A stretch of DNA of 64,000 nucleotides from contig CAWCKW010000012.1 of assembly GCA_963796285.1 (NCBI GenBank), positions 1,408,001 through 1,472,000 on the forward strand, in the 5' to 3' direction. The translations under genes and the position numbers were made by a program. Under the pieces are notes generated by a model. That model worked only from the letters and a program-made list of their open reading frames with translations. It had not been told where the DNA came from and searched no databases. Shown here one piece after another: positions 9,561-20,279 of the stretch. The DNA is from Nitrospirota bacterium (GTDB lineage: Bacteria > Nitrospirota > UBA9217). Position 1 is the first letter of the stretch, and the number at the start of each line of letters is the position of its first letter.

Positions 9561-10206
9561 GATCGGCATCCTGTGCGAGAAGGACAGGATCATGATGGAG
9601 GAGTTCTCAAGCCGGAGCCTGGGCCACATCAGAGGCAATTCCCTGGTCCTCGCATCCCTGCCGTTCTTTTCGTCATACGTTGCAGCGAATGTGAAAAAAG
9701 AAGTGGACAAGGACCGGCTCATCATCGAGGAAGCCGGTCAAGCGTTCCAGGCGGGCAAACCCGTATGCGATCTCGATCTCGAAGATATCTTCGAAAAAAC
9801 AAAGGCTGTGGACAAGCAGTTCATCCAGAGCCTCAGGATCCCGTCCTTTAGCCTGTCCGTGCGGTACGGCGATATCGCGGATATCCGGATCCAGAGGATC
9901 TGGAGGATATCAAGGGCCGTCTACGAGCTGCTGCGCGAGTGGCCGGACGCCGCATCGTTCGCTGATATCGTACGGAAGGTGTATACCGGGAAGGAGTTCA
10001 AGGACATCCTCATGGACATCCTCCGCCTGTATAACCAGGAGACCCGCATGCTGAGCCACTCCATCAGGCTAATCCCGCCGTTCAACAGCGCGATGAGCTC
10101 CCTTGCCGAGACACTTTTTCAGGCCATGGAAAGCGTGACTGAAGGCATGGCCGATACCTACACCACTCAACTGTTCGGAGACAAGGCCTTCTATGCCGAA
10201 ACCTGA
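9553..10206 (+). CDS. Hypothetical helical protein coupled to ubiE and the radical SAM gene
   Basis: GTG start overlaps the ubiE end; stop overlaps the next start; no recognised motif. Confidence 0.65.
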   Translation: MDKIGILCEKDRIMMEEFSSRSLGHIRGNSLVLASLPFFSSYVAANVKKEVDKDRLIIEEAGQAFQAGKPVCDLDLEDIFEKTKAVDKQFIQSLRIPSFSLSVRYGDIADIRIQRIWRISRAVYELLREWPDAASFADIVRKVYTGKEFKDILMDILRLYNQETRMLSHSIRLIPPFNSAMSSLAETLFQAMESVTEGMADTYTTQLFGDKAFYAET

Positions 10207-11941
10207 CCTGATCCTTCTTCATCCGCCGAGCGTTTTCAAATTCCGGGAAATGCCCCTTTTTTTCGGCCCGGTCAGCGATGTGGTGCCGTCATCGTCCATA
10301 TTCGAGATCTATCCCATCGGGTTCCTCACCATATCCGACTACCTCACCAGACACGGCATCTCGGTGCGGATCATCAACCTCGCCCTGAAAATGCTCCAAA
10401 GCGCGTCGTTCGACCCTGAACCCTATGTCAAAGGACTTGATGCCGCGGCTTTCGGCATCGACCTTCACTGGCTTCCGCATGTGGACGGCAGTCTGAGCCT
10501 TGCCGAGCTCGTCAAAAAGTACCATCCCGATACACCGGTCATACTCGGCGGTCTCAGCGCGACCTATTATCACGAAGAGATCATGCGCGACTATCCCTTT
10601 GTGGATTTCATCGTCCGCGGCGACTCCACCGAAGAACCACTCCGGCAGCTCATGAACGCGATCAAGACGGGTTCGGGATATGAGAACGTGCCGAACCTCG
10701 CATGGCGCGACAGGGAGGGCCGCACAAAGACCAATGAGCCCACGTTTCAGCCTGAGAATCTCGATTACGTCAGCTTCAACTACCCTCATCTCCTGAAGAT
10801 GGCGGTCAAATATCTCGACCCGTCTGGATACATCCCCTTCAAGTACTGGCTCAGCTACCCCGTCACCGCCATTTTTACGGTCCGGGGATGCAACCACAAC
10901 TGCGGGACCTGCGGAGGCTCGATCTCTGCCTTCAACAAGGTCTGCATGAGAAAAAGGCCCTGTTTCCGGTCTCCTGAGCTCGTGGCGGAGGACATGCGCA
11001 CCATTGCGGAATATACCGGCGCACCGATGATGGTGCTGGGTGACCTGCTCCAGGCAGGGCGGGAGTACAGCGAGCGGTTCCTGAATGCGGTGAAGAAACA
11101 TCGCATCAGGAACGAGGTCTGCATCGAGTTCTTCAGTCCGCCCCCCGCTGCCTTTCTCGAAAAGGTCGCTGAATCCTTCTCGAACTTCAATATTGAGATA
11201 TCCCCGGAATCGCATGACATCAATGTCAGGAAAATATTCGGGAAGGATTACAGCAATGCCGCGCTGGAAGACATGATCGATACGCTCATCCGCATCGGAT
11301 GCAAACGGATCGACCTTTTTTTCATGGTCGGCCTCCCCCACCAGGACTACGCCTCGGTCATGGAGACGGTGCGCTACTGCGGGTCTCTCCTCGCCCGGTA
11401 CGGAAACAACGGGAACGCGGGCAGGGTCCTGCCCCTGCTCGCGCCGCTCGCGCCGTTTATCGACCCCGGTAGCGGCATCTTCGAGGATCCGGAAGCGTAC
11501 GGATACAGGTTCTTTTACCGGACGCTCAGGGAGCATCGGCAGGCCATGCTCATGCCGAGTTGGAAATACACGCTGAACTATGAAACGAATTGGATGACGC
11601 GGGACGAGATCGTGAAGGCCACCTATGACGGGGCGCTTGCGCTCATCGAGATCAAGGAACGATATGGCGTGATCGGGGAACGGAACGCGGTAATGGTGAG
11701 GGACCATCTTCAGCGGGCGATGCGATTGAACGAGAAGATCACTGATCCGGAGAATATTGACGATACCTTGCGCGAAGAGATCTTCAACCTGAACACCCTG
11801 GACTCGGTGTGCGGCAAGCACGAACTCGACTGGACCATCGAGGGGTGGAAGGTGAAGGTGCCGGGGCTGCTCAAGCTGCTGTTTAAGCCTGAGAGGTCTA
11901 AGCTGCGCAAAGCGGAAAAAATAAATCCTTTCCTAACCTGA
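10193..11941 (+). CDS. B12-binding radical SAM protein, TIGR04190 (Ta0216)-type
   Basis: N-terminus LILLHPPSV...GPVSDVVPSSSIFEIYPIGF, DLHWLPH, RGCNHNCGTC. Confidence 0.85.
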   Translation: MPKPDLILLHPPSVFKFREMPLFFGPVSDVVPSSSIFEIYPIGFLTISDYLTRHGISVRIINLALKMLQSASFDPEPYVKGLDAAAFGIDLHWLPHVDGSLSLAELVKKYHPDTPVILGGLSATYYHEEIMRDYPFVDFIVRGDSTEEPLRQLMNAIKTGSGYENVPNLAWRDREGRTKTNEPTFQPENLDYVSFNYPHLLKMAVKYLDPSGYIPFKYWLSYPVTAIFTVRGCNHNCGTCGGSISAFNKVCMRKRPCFRSPELVAEDMRTIAEYTGAPMMVLGDLLQAGREYSERFLNAVKKHRIRNEVCIEFFSPPPAAFLEKVAESFSNFNIEISPESHDINVRKIFGKDYSNAALEDMIDTLIRIGCKRIDLFFMVGLPHQDYASVMETVRYCGSLLARYGNNGNAGRVLPLLAPLAPFIDPGSGIFEDPEAYGYRFFYRTLREHRQAMLMPSWKYTLNYETNWMTRDEIVKATYDGALALIEIKERYGVIGERNAVMVRDHLQRAMRLNEKITDPENIDDTLREEIFNLNTLDSVCGKHELDWTIEGWKVKVPGLLKLLFKPERSKLRKAEKINPFLT

Positions 11942-12110
11942 CCATGCCGGTATGGCATATCACACGTTTTGCAATCATCTGCTCGGCGGGCCCACCTCTG
12001 CGAACCTTCACGTGCATCAAGGTACTGAACCCTCTAAGTAACAACGGCCTGCTATCCATTTCAAACAACAGTAGTCCGGGCTCGTCCGGATCGATTTTCA
12101 GAACTATCCC

Positions 12111-12410
12111 CTATAACTTGAGCACGCTCTTGAAAAACCTGTTCATCATAAGACCACCGGCGGCGCCGAGCAGGGCGCCAAAACCGGCCAGGAACCCCAT
12201 CACCAGAACCAGAACCAGCGCGATCGCGAAAGAGTTCTTTCCGCATGACGGGCCGAACATCCTGGTCACGTCCTTGGCAGCCGCGTCCCACCAGGTCCCC
12301 TGGATCGAGCCGGAGAGAAAGAGGTCCATGGACAGGGCCGCACCCAGACTGGCCAGCGCGCCGATCGCCGCACCGATAATGACAGCTTTTTTGAGACCCT
12401 TGTCACTCAT
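12111..12410 (-). CDS. Small membrane protein
   Basis: 99 aa, two Gly-rich TM segments. Confidence 0.65.
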   Translation of the reverse strand: MSDKGLKKAVIIGAAIGALASLGAALSMDLFLSGSIQGTWWDAAAKDVTRMFGPSCGKNSFAIALVLVLVMGFLAGFGALLGAAGGLMMNRFFKSVLKL

Positions 12411-12527
12411 AGCATTGTTTTCTGTAGATGGTAACCAGGTGACGGCAAAAAGAGCGTAATTTTTCTCGCCTGAATGAATGAGACCCCGCCCTCTCCTGCT
12501 TACAATGTACGGCCTCCTCCCTGTTGA

Positions 12528-13670
12528 TTACTTTATTCCGCCCTTCTCCAGCAGCCCGTAGATCGCCATAAACAGGCGCCAGCCTCCCAGGACATACCGT
12601 TGATACCGGTCTCCGACCGAAGGCTCGATCGGCTCGCTCTGCATGAACTGCGGCAGAAGTACGAGGTAAACCCGGTCCTTGTCGCCAACCGCCTCGGCAA
12701 GCTTCACGCTCTCCGTATAGGGAACGAATTGATCATCCATGCCGTGGATGATGATGAATGATGCCGTGATATAAGGTATCGCACGTGACGGTGACAGCTG
12801 ATACACATACTCCCTTACCTGCAAGGGAAGGTTCTCATAGAGCGGCGCGAATCGTTCCTGGCGGGTATTGACGAGTAAAGCGTGGACCGCCCTGCCCTCC
12901 GGACCAAGGGCTCTTGCGAGCGACTCGGCCGCCGCAGTATCGTATCGGTTTCGCGTTTCGATGATCTTCCTGAGCTTCTCCCGGTCATCGGATGAACGCA
13001 GGAGGTCAAGATTCCTGTATGCAACCATCCACCGGAGCGAAGCTTCGGGCCTGACGTATCCCCGGAGTCCACCATACTCAATGGCGCCGGTCAGTGCGAA
13101 GGACATCACCGTGCGGAGGTCGTAATACCCGCCGAAGGTCGTAACCACGCCGACCTTGTCCCGTATCCGCGGGTCAGCCGCGGCAAGCAGCATGGGCCCT
13201 GCGCCATAGCCGATACCGAGCATGCCCCCGCGTGGTCCGGCATGCTCCGTCCTGCTCAGGTACAGGAAGCTTTGAAGAATGTCCTCGGCATCGGAGACCC
13301 TGATCCGAAGGGTCTTCATCCCTTCGAAATCGGGGACCAGGACAAGGAACCCTGCCCGCGCCAGGTCTTCGGCCAGGAGCACGAGCTGCTCATCATCCTT
13401 TCCCGCGGGGTTCACGCCGTGCACAAGGAGCAGAGGGAACTGCCTGCCTTGCCGGAGAGGACGATAGAGATCAGCGTGAATGACCCGGCCCCTGCCCGGG
13501 ACCGTCACCTTCGTCATCGCCGGCCCATCGATGAGCTTCCCCATCATCGCCTTCTCCGGCGACCGCACACTGTCGATAAGGATGAGCAGGCTCAGGCATC
13601 CCCGCTTGATTTGGGCGGGAAACAGGGCGCCGATGATGACCAGTGCGGAAAGGAAGATGATCTTTTTCAT
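12528..13670 (-). CDS. Alpha/beta-hydrolase-fold membrane-anchored protein
   Basis: LLVHG, LARAGFLVLVPD, IIHGMDD; nucleophile elbow reads GIGYG. Confidence 0.7.
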   Translation of the reverse strand: MKKIIFLSALVIIGALFPAQIKRGCLSLLILIDSVRSPEKAMMGKLIDGPAMTKVTVPGRGRVIHADLYRPLRQGRQFPLLLVHGVNPAGKDDEQLVLLAEDLARAGFLVLVPDFEGMKTLRIRVSDAEDILQSFLYLSRTEHAGPRGGMLGIGYGAGPMLLAAADPRIRDKVGVVTTFGGYYDLRTVMSFALTGAIEYGGLRGYVRPEASLRWMVAYRNLDLLRSSDDREKLRKIIETRNRYDTAAAESLARALGPEGRAVHALLVNTRQERFAPLYENLPLQVREYVYQLSPSRAIPYITASFIIIHGMDDQFVPYTESVKLAEAVGDKDRVYLVLLPQFMQSEPIEPSVGDRYQRYVLGGWRLFMAIYGLLEKGGIK

Positions 13671-13753
13671 GGTAAAAAGCCTTCAGCCATCACCGGCCTT
13701 ATTCTGACGCCTGTCTTCCTGCTCCGGATGTTGAACCCCGGACCCCGGATGTT

Positions 13754-14408
13754 TTATTTCAATATCTCCCCGGTCTTTCGGGACCACAGGAGCAGGTCCA
13801 GGTGGTCCATGTCGATGCCGATCTCTTTCGCGAATTGCTCGAGCTTCATCTCGATCGCGAGGTAACCCGCGCGCGTCGTTGAACGCATCCGTGGGCCGAT
13901 CACTCCCATCTCGCGGAGACTGTTCAGAATGTGCTTGTCCAGGATGGCATAGCCGGGGAAGCCGATGTTGCGGAGAAAATGGCTCGCCTCTTTATACCCT
14001 AATCCTTTTACCCCTTTGTTCTTCGCGAAAAAATCGCGCCGAGCATGGCGGCCATCAAAAGATCCGATCAACCGTTTAAGCTTCAGCCCGCATAAATCAT
14101 CGAGATATTCCCTCGTATGGTGAATGTAGGACGGCCGCAGGCGCCAGAACCGCACACGGTGTGCTTGCGCGCGCTGCTGGAGCTCCTTCTCACTGCCGGT
14201 CCGGAGGATGTCCTTGAGACGCGTCTACGGTGCGCATGCCCATTTTCGCGCTGCTGCCCGCGGTCAGGATGCAGTAGCAGAGTTCTTCGAAGATCGCCCG
14301 GTCGCCCTTCTCGTACACTGTTCTGAACTCGGCGAGCCGTTTAACGATCAGCGGCTTTTTCGCGCGATAGTCCCGCCTCAGCTCGTCAATGAGTTCTTTT
14401 CCAGGCAC
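13754..14408 (-). CDS. ogg: 8-oxoguanine DNA glycosylase/AP lyase, archaeal/Thermotoga type (frameshifts near 14160-14215)
   Basis: FEELCYCILT in the N-fragment; HhH VKGLGYKEASHFLRNIG...AILDKH and DLLLWS in the C-fragment. Confidence 0.85.
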
Positions 14409-14754
14409 TATAGCCGCCCTTCAGGTTGAAAAGGTTTTTGTAACCCATGCCCATCAGCCGCTTGATGGCCCAGATGCTCCGGTTGCCGTTCTGGCAGTAT
14501 ACCACCAGCTCCTTGTCCTTCTTGAGCTTCTTGATCTTGTCGCCGATGTCCGAAAGCGGCACATGGATCGCGCCGGGAATATGGCCTCTTTCGTAGTCCT
14601 TGTTCGTGCGTACATCGAGGATCATCATGCCCTTTTTCTGGTCAAGCTCCTTCGGGGAAATCTGTTTGATCCCCAGACGCCCCAGAAGACCGAAGAGTTT
14701 GAAAATAAGATAGATCGCTATAACGCTTACCAGTATCGTTGATGCTGTATCCAA
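14386..14754 (-). CDS. Membrane-anchored rhodanese-domain protein
   Basis: LDVR, GHIPGA, VYCQNGNRS, LKGG. Confidence 0.9.
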   Translation of the reverse strand: MDTASTILVSVIAIYLIFKLFGLLGRLGIKQISPKELDQKKGMMILDVRTNKDYERGHIPGAIHVPLSDIGDKIKKLKKDKELVVYCQNGNRSIWAIKRLMGMGYKNLFNLKGGYSAWKRTH

Positions 14755-14773
14755 GGTGCCCCCTTTAAAGTAA

Positions 14774-14910
14774 GTTCCGAGTAGCGAGTTCAGAGTGCGG
14801 CCAAGTCAACGTCGAAGGTGGTGCTCCGAATTATGAATCAGCCCTCACTATTTTGTTCTGTGACGTCTTACGAACTCCGAACTCCAAAACTCCGAACTAT
14901 GAATTATGAA
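14774..14910. repeat. Heptamer tandem repeats in inverted arrangement (GTTCCGAGT... / GAACTCC x3-5)
   Basis: cgaactccgaactccaaaactccgaactatgaattatgaac at 14871-14910, complementary arm at 14774-14800. Confidence 0.6.
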
Positions 14911-17093
14911 CCTCTCCACTTTTCACCGACGCCGGCAGTTCTATAATGAACCGCGCTCCATGGGGATCATTCTTTGACACGCTGATCGTGCCGCGATGGT
15001 CCTTGATGATCCTGAGCACGATGGCGAGTCCCAGGCCGCTCTTCTTTTTTTTTCGGGAGAACTCCGGCTCGAACAGCTTCGGCACATCCTCTGCCGCGAT
15101 CCCCGGCCCTTCATCGGCAACATCGATCTGCGCCATGCCTGAAGAGGTCATCTTCGCCGCAACCAGTATCCTGCCCTTGCCGCCCATGGCCTCGACCGCG
15201 TTTTCGAAGAGATTGATGAAAACCCGTTTGATCTGCTCACGGTCAATGAACACGTCGGGCAGGTCCGGCATGATATCCTTTACAAACACAATGTCCTTAT
15301 GCGCGCCGCTGTAAAGCTGGACCACGCTCTCGATCACCGGCGCGAGGGGCTGCAGCATGGGGTTCGAGCTCGGCATGCGCGCGAAGTTCGCAAACTCGTC
15401 CACGAGCTTTCGCAGACCGTCAGCCTCCTGAACGATCGTCAGGCTGCACTCATCGAAGACAGCATCGAAGTCCGGCGCGCCTTCCGCGTGTTTCTTGCGC
15501 AGCCGCTCGGCGGAAAGCTTGATGGGCGTGAGCGGGTTCTTGAACTCATGCGCGATCCTTCTCGCCACATCCTGCCAGGTTTCGGCCTTCTTTGCGCGCA
15601 GCAGTTCAGTAAGGTCGTCGAAGGTAATGACCGACCCGATGATGCGTGCCGATGCCGTCCCTGAGTGCGGAGATACGCATCCTGAGCGTCAGCATCCTGC
15701 CCCGCACATTGAGCGACATTTCCTCCTCGGCCCGTCCCTGCCCCTGCTCGAGCCTGCGAAACAGGCCGCGGATCGGGTCCAACTCGAGGAACCCGAAAGC
15801 CTCATCATACCGTTTGCCGAGCACGTCCTGCTCCTGGATGCCAAGGATCTCCGAGGCCGACTGGTTGACCGTCGTGATCCTGCCCGTACGGTCGATGGAA
15901 ACGACGCCCGTTTCGATGTTCGAGAGGATCGTCTTCTTGTAGCTGACCTCCTGCTCGACCTGCTCCCGCGACTGCTGGAGGTCTTGGGTCATCTTGTTGA
16001 ACGAGTCGATCAGCACCCCCACCTCGTCGTCGGACGTTTCGTCGATCCGGTAATCGAACCTGCCCGCCGCTACCGCAGCGGTCCCTTCCGCCAGCTTCCT
16101 GATCGGCACCGTGATGCCGGCGGCCACCCGGAGCGCCACCCAGATAGCCGCAAGGAGGAGCGCCAGCGTGACTGAAAGGAACCCGAGCCGGTATGACAGC
16201 TTGATCGGCTCCTTGCCGCTGAACGCGGACCGGTACTGTGCGTACCCTTCGCGGATGACAACTGACTTTGCGGCCAGGCTCTGAGGAATATAAAAACTGA
16301 CGGCGACCGCCGCAATGACACTGTTTCCTTCACGAGATCTGAACGTTCATAGAGCGGCACGACTGCCCGCATGATGTCGCCCTTTTTTGCTGAACCTGCT
16401 ACATCTGCCGCCTCCTGCCCTGCAAAGGCCTTGGCCACGAGGTCGGACGGTGTCTGTGTGAATGTTTTCGCCGGGTATTGACTCGTAACAACGGCCACGG
16501 ACCGCTCGCGGGGGGAGGTGAAGAGTTCAACCGATCCTAGGCCGTACTCTTCAGCCTTCTTGGCCAGATACTCCTTGAGCACCTGCTTCTCGAACTGGGG
16601 CAGGAGCCGGGCATCGGTCATCTGACTGCTGATCTGTTTGCCGAAAACAAAGGCCTCTTTCTGGAGACGGTCGTAGTACTCCTGGGAAACCGAGACCGCG
16701 TCCTTGAGCGAATTCTCGATCCTGAGGCTGAAGAGCCGCTCGATGCTTCTGGTGAACATTCCGCTCCCGATCAAAAAAAGGAGCACAGGAGGAATGAATG
16801 ACAGGCTGACAAAAGCAAAGACCAGTTTGGTCCTGAACCGCGCCCCCAACACGCCCTGTCTCCGCTCCATCGAGAGTTTCCAGAGGCTCCTGGCCATCAT
16901 GAAGATGACCGCAGCCAGGAGCAGGAAATTCGCATTGATGAGGATGAGGATCAGGATATTGTCGGACAGCGGCCCTTCAAACCCCCGGTATTGGAGCTGA
17001 AGCACGATGGCGAGCGCCGTCAGGAGGAGAAAAGAAGCGAGATAGATCACGCCTTTCCACCCGCCCTTGGCCTCTGGAGTGTCAGGTCCTCAT
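14897..17093 (-). CDS. NtrY-like PAS/HAMP sensor histidine kinase (several frameshifts)
   Basis: GARFRTKLV N-terminus, HAMP DEVGVLIDSFNKMT, PAS, H-box ARRIAHEFKNPLTPI, N/G boxes; three fragments. Confidence 0.85.
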
Positions 17094-17163
17094 GGTCTCG
17101 GCAGAATACCAAAAAGACCCATCAAAAGCAAGGTCTGCTTTAGATCCTGCCTGATTAATTCTC

Positions 17164-17192
17164 TTGACAAACAAGAGGTTTCTCGATATCTT
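17164..17192 (+). promoter_or_regulatory. sigma70 promoter
   Basis: TTGACA(17164)-17 bp-TATCTT(17187). Confidence 0.65.
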
Positions 17193-17442
17193 TAGGAAAA
17201 TCTACCACGGAAAACCCCTCTCGTGTTGCGCCATTGAGGGGCACTGGATCGAGTCGACGGGAAGCTCAGAATCGAGACAGTCACCGCAAAACTCAATGCC
17301 CTTGCAGTAAGACAGCTTGCTTTGAGCAAACCGCAGAGCGAGACATGATGAATGGACATGGCACAGGAAGCTTCGGAGAAAAAGTACCCCCGGGATAGAA
17401 AAGTAACTGGTAATAAACGAAGAAAAAAATCAGGAGGCAGGA

Positions 17443-18732
17443 ATGACCACACGGTTGAAACACATCATGCAATCACTTTGTATCGTTCTTATCCCCATTC
17501 TCTTTTCCTGCACATCTCATCTCCAGCAACAAAAAGAAGAACCCATACCGCCTCCGGCGGCAGAGCCGCAGGCTGAGGCTCCTGTTCCTGCTGCAGAAAC
17601 CGCGGCAGTCGAGCCCGCTCCCGCAACACCGGAATCCGAGCCGGCCGCGCCAACACCGGCAGTAATAGAAACCGCGGTAGTCGAGCCCGCACCTGCAACT
17701 GAAGAACTTCACCCCTATATCATCAAACAGGGAGACACCCTCTGGGACATCTCAAATACGTTCTTTAAAGACCCCTTCCTCTGGCCGTTCATATGGAAGG
17801 CAAACCCGTCAATCACCAATCCGGACTTGATATTCACCGGGAACAAGCTGGTGATCCCCAGCCTCACTCCGGTCGAACGGGCCTTGAAGGCCGAAGCGGT
17901 GCCGAAAGAACCGCTTGGTGAGAAGCGAGCTGCTGCTGAAGAGCCGATCCCGCCGCAGGCAGCGACTCAGCAAGAAGGGATCTCGGCAGCCCCTATTACC
18001 ACCCCGCAACCGACCGGAGAGAAGACAGCGGAAGTGGGGAGCAGGGTCATCATGCCCGAGGAGCAGATCTATCCTATTATTGATAAATACGCCATGATCA
18101 GCGCGGGGTTTGTGAATGAAGAAGAAACGCGGGATACTATCACGGGAGCACCGGAGGAAGGCAAGTCCATATTCGGATATGATGATATCGTGTATGTCTC
18201 GATGCACGACGCTGACAGTGTAAAGATTGGGGACAAATATCTCATTTATACCACCTTGCACAAGGTCAAACACCCGATAACAAACAAGTCCTTCGGCAGG
18301 CTGATAAAGGGCCTCGGCCTTCTCCAGATCATCGCCAAAGACCCGGATGCCAAGATGCTCACTGCCCGTATCACTCTTTCCTTCGCTGAGATCGAAAAAG
18401 ACAACATGCTGATCCCCTATCAGGAGCCCATGCCGATCTATAATTCATCTCAAAAGAAGTCCAAGGACATCTCGGGATACATCCTCGAAGTAACGGACAG
18501 GCGCACCATCAATGCGCAGTCGGACGTCGTGTACCTTGACAAAGGCAGCGCGGATGGCGTCGAGCCAGGGGATAGTTTTCTCGTGTATGAAGAACCGGCC
18601 GAAAAGGGTTTCCCGAAGAAGGTGGTCGGTGAAGTACAGGTATTTCTTGTAAAGGAGCATACTTCGACTGCAATAGTGAAAAAGAGTACCGAGCCCATGG
18701 GCAAAGGCAATGGCGTTGATTTCAAGAAATAA
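17443..18732 (+). CDS. LysM-domain lipoprotein (TsaP-like architecture) with Pro/Ala linker
   Basis: Lipobox LFSC, YIIKQGDTLWDIS...NPDLI, C-terminal VYLDKGSADGV; AGGAGG RBS; 32-nt near-duplication at 17596 and 17668. Confidence 0.85.
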   Translation: MTTRLKHIMQSLCIVLIPILFSCTSHLQQQKEEPIPPPAAEPQAEAPVPAAETAAVEPAPATPESEPAAPTPAVIETAVVEPAPATEELHPYIIKQGDTLWDISNTFFKDPFLWPFIWKANPSITNPDLIFTGNKLVIPSLTPVERALKAEAVPKEPLGEKRAAAEEPIPPQAATQQEGISAAPITTPQPTGEKTAEVGSRVIMPEEQIYPIIDKYAMISAGFVNEEETRDTITGAPEEGKSIFGYDDIVYVSMHDADSVKIGDKYLIYTTLHKVKHPITNKSFGRLIKGLGLLQIIAKDPDAKMLTARITLSFAEIEKDNMLIPYQEPMPIYNSSQKKSKDISGYILEVTDRRTINAQSDVVYLDKGSADGVEPGDSFLVYEEPAEKGFPKKVVGEVQVFLVKEHTSTAIVKKSTEPMGKGNGVDFKK

Positions 18733-18751
18733 GCCGCGCAGGTAGTCTCGT

Positions 18752-19493
18752 CTATTGTATAGTGGGTGACGCGTTCGGATCGAAGGGATTCATCCGCACG
18801 GCGAACGAGAACAGATAAGGGTAATCGTGTTTCAGATGTTTCATGTAGGCAAGCCACTCAACGATGAGAATGGTATATGCCCGCCTGATGTCGCCGGCGA
18901 TGTGATTGCCATCCGAAGGCGGCAGATGGTGCAGGTCCTCGCGTACAGCAAGTTCCTCGGACAGATGGAAAACCGCCCACAGAAGTTCGGTAAATGACTC
19001 GTGTTCGAGCAGATTGGGATTCTCGAGCAATCCAAGAAGAAATTTCCGTTTCCCCATTAAAAAGGTCTTGAGCGCTTCCAGGTCACTCTCTGTATAGTGT
19101 ATCTGGTAATCATAGCTGCGGACCTGCTTGGCAACTGCGGCAAACTGCTGGTCCGACCACTCGCCTTTTACCAAGAGTTCCCCCCTGATTTTTCCCGTGT
19201 TTTGATCAAACGCTGCGAATGACTTGAGAAGCGTGGCCCCGACCTCGCTGAAGAACGTACCGATGACCATGTTCAGCTTGTTCAGCATCGAGAGCTTCTC
19301 GCGCACATTCAGAAGTTGGTTCAGGATCAGGGTGACCAGCAGCACCTGAATGGGGATAAAAGCGAGGTCTTGAAATAAATAAAAGAAAGTATCACGCGTT
19401 GAATGAAAGATCATTGATCTGTACATCGTACAAGATGACCGATATGGCTACCAGCAGTACTCCTAATGCGATCTGCCACTTGACGCGATTCAT
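18752..19493 (-). CDS. Conserved hypothetical membrane protein (frameshift near 19420)
   Basis: DLAFIPIQVLLVTL, LENPNLLEHESFTELLWAVFHL; N-terminal TM from ATG 19493 lies in another frame. Confidence 0.7.
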
Positions 19494-19583
19494 CTCCGGC
19501 CTCCCTCATTGTACGTGAACGAAGTTTCTGCCGCATTCTATCAGAAAACAACGCGCGGAGCGGTCTTCAAACCACTCCGCTGT

Positions 19584-20132
19584 TTATTTATCACTTACTT
19601 CACTATAGAGAAAAAAACCATTGAAAAAATACACCAGGCCGAATACACCGGCCCCCATGCCGATGAACCAGAAAAGCTTCCTCTTCATTAACGCTGCAAT
19701 GGAAGAGAGCAGGATGGCGATCTGGAGGAACATGGCAGCCAGGCCGAATGCCCCGGAGTGCGTTTGAGCGTCGTCACGCCGCTTTTCCAGCTCCTCCGCC
19801 TTTTTCTTGATATCGTCCTTTTCCTTTTCGTAGCGGTCTATCTTTTCCCGGTACGCCGCGATCCGCTTCTCATAATCAGCCGCCAGTGCGCGGGGCATGC
19901 CCTTGATCGTCTTGAGGTCCATCTCGAACTTCTCCTTTTGAAGTTCGTAGACATAGCCTTTGATGCTCTTGGACTGATAATAGGCCCACTGGTCCGAGGC
20001 CTGCGCCTGGGACATCACCGACCGTGTCGAGAATCCGCCGCCTTTGAGCGTCGAGAGCGTGGCGCATACGGCGAAGATCACCGTGGTGAGCGCGAGATAG
20101 TTGAGCCATGGTTCTTTTTTTTCTTCTGCCAT
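19584..20132 (-). CDS. DUF4337 family protein
   Basis: ASDQWAYYQSKSIK and LQIAILLSSI; GAGG RBS. Confidence 0.8.
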   Translation of the reverse strand: MAEEKKEPWLNYLALTTVIFAVCATLSTLKGGGFSTRSVMSQAQASDQWAYYQSKSIKGYVYELQKEKFEMDLKTIKGMPRALAADYEKRIAAYREKIDRYEKEKDDIKKKAEELEKRRDDAQTHSGAFGLAAMFLQIAILLSSIAALMKRKLFWFIGMGAGVFGLVYFFNGFFLYSEVSDK

Positions 20133-20279
20133 ATGAATTCTTCCTCCTTATACTCAATGTTATTGAAAGCCCATACTACCGAAAAGCGGCGGATTAGTCA
20201 ACACGACCCTGGTACGAGCGCGCAGCTTCCTTGAAATCCCCCGAAGAACATGATACATTTTACACAGGAGAGCAAGGCC

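Noticed and set aside
17238-17320. tmRNA-like 5' end (GGGGC-N11-TCGACGGG) and a tag-like AKLNALAV reading
   Set aside because: No T-arm or CCA 3' end, no room for pk1, and no stop codon after the putative tag.
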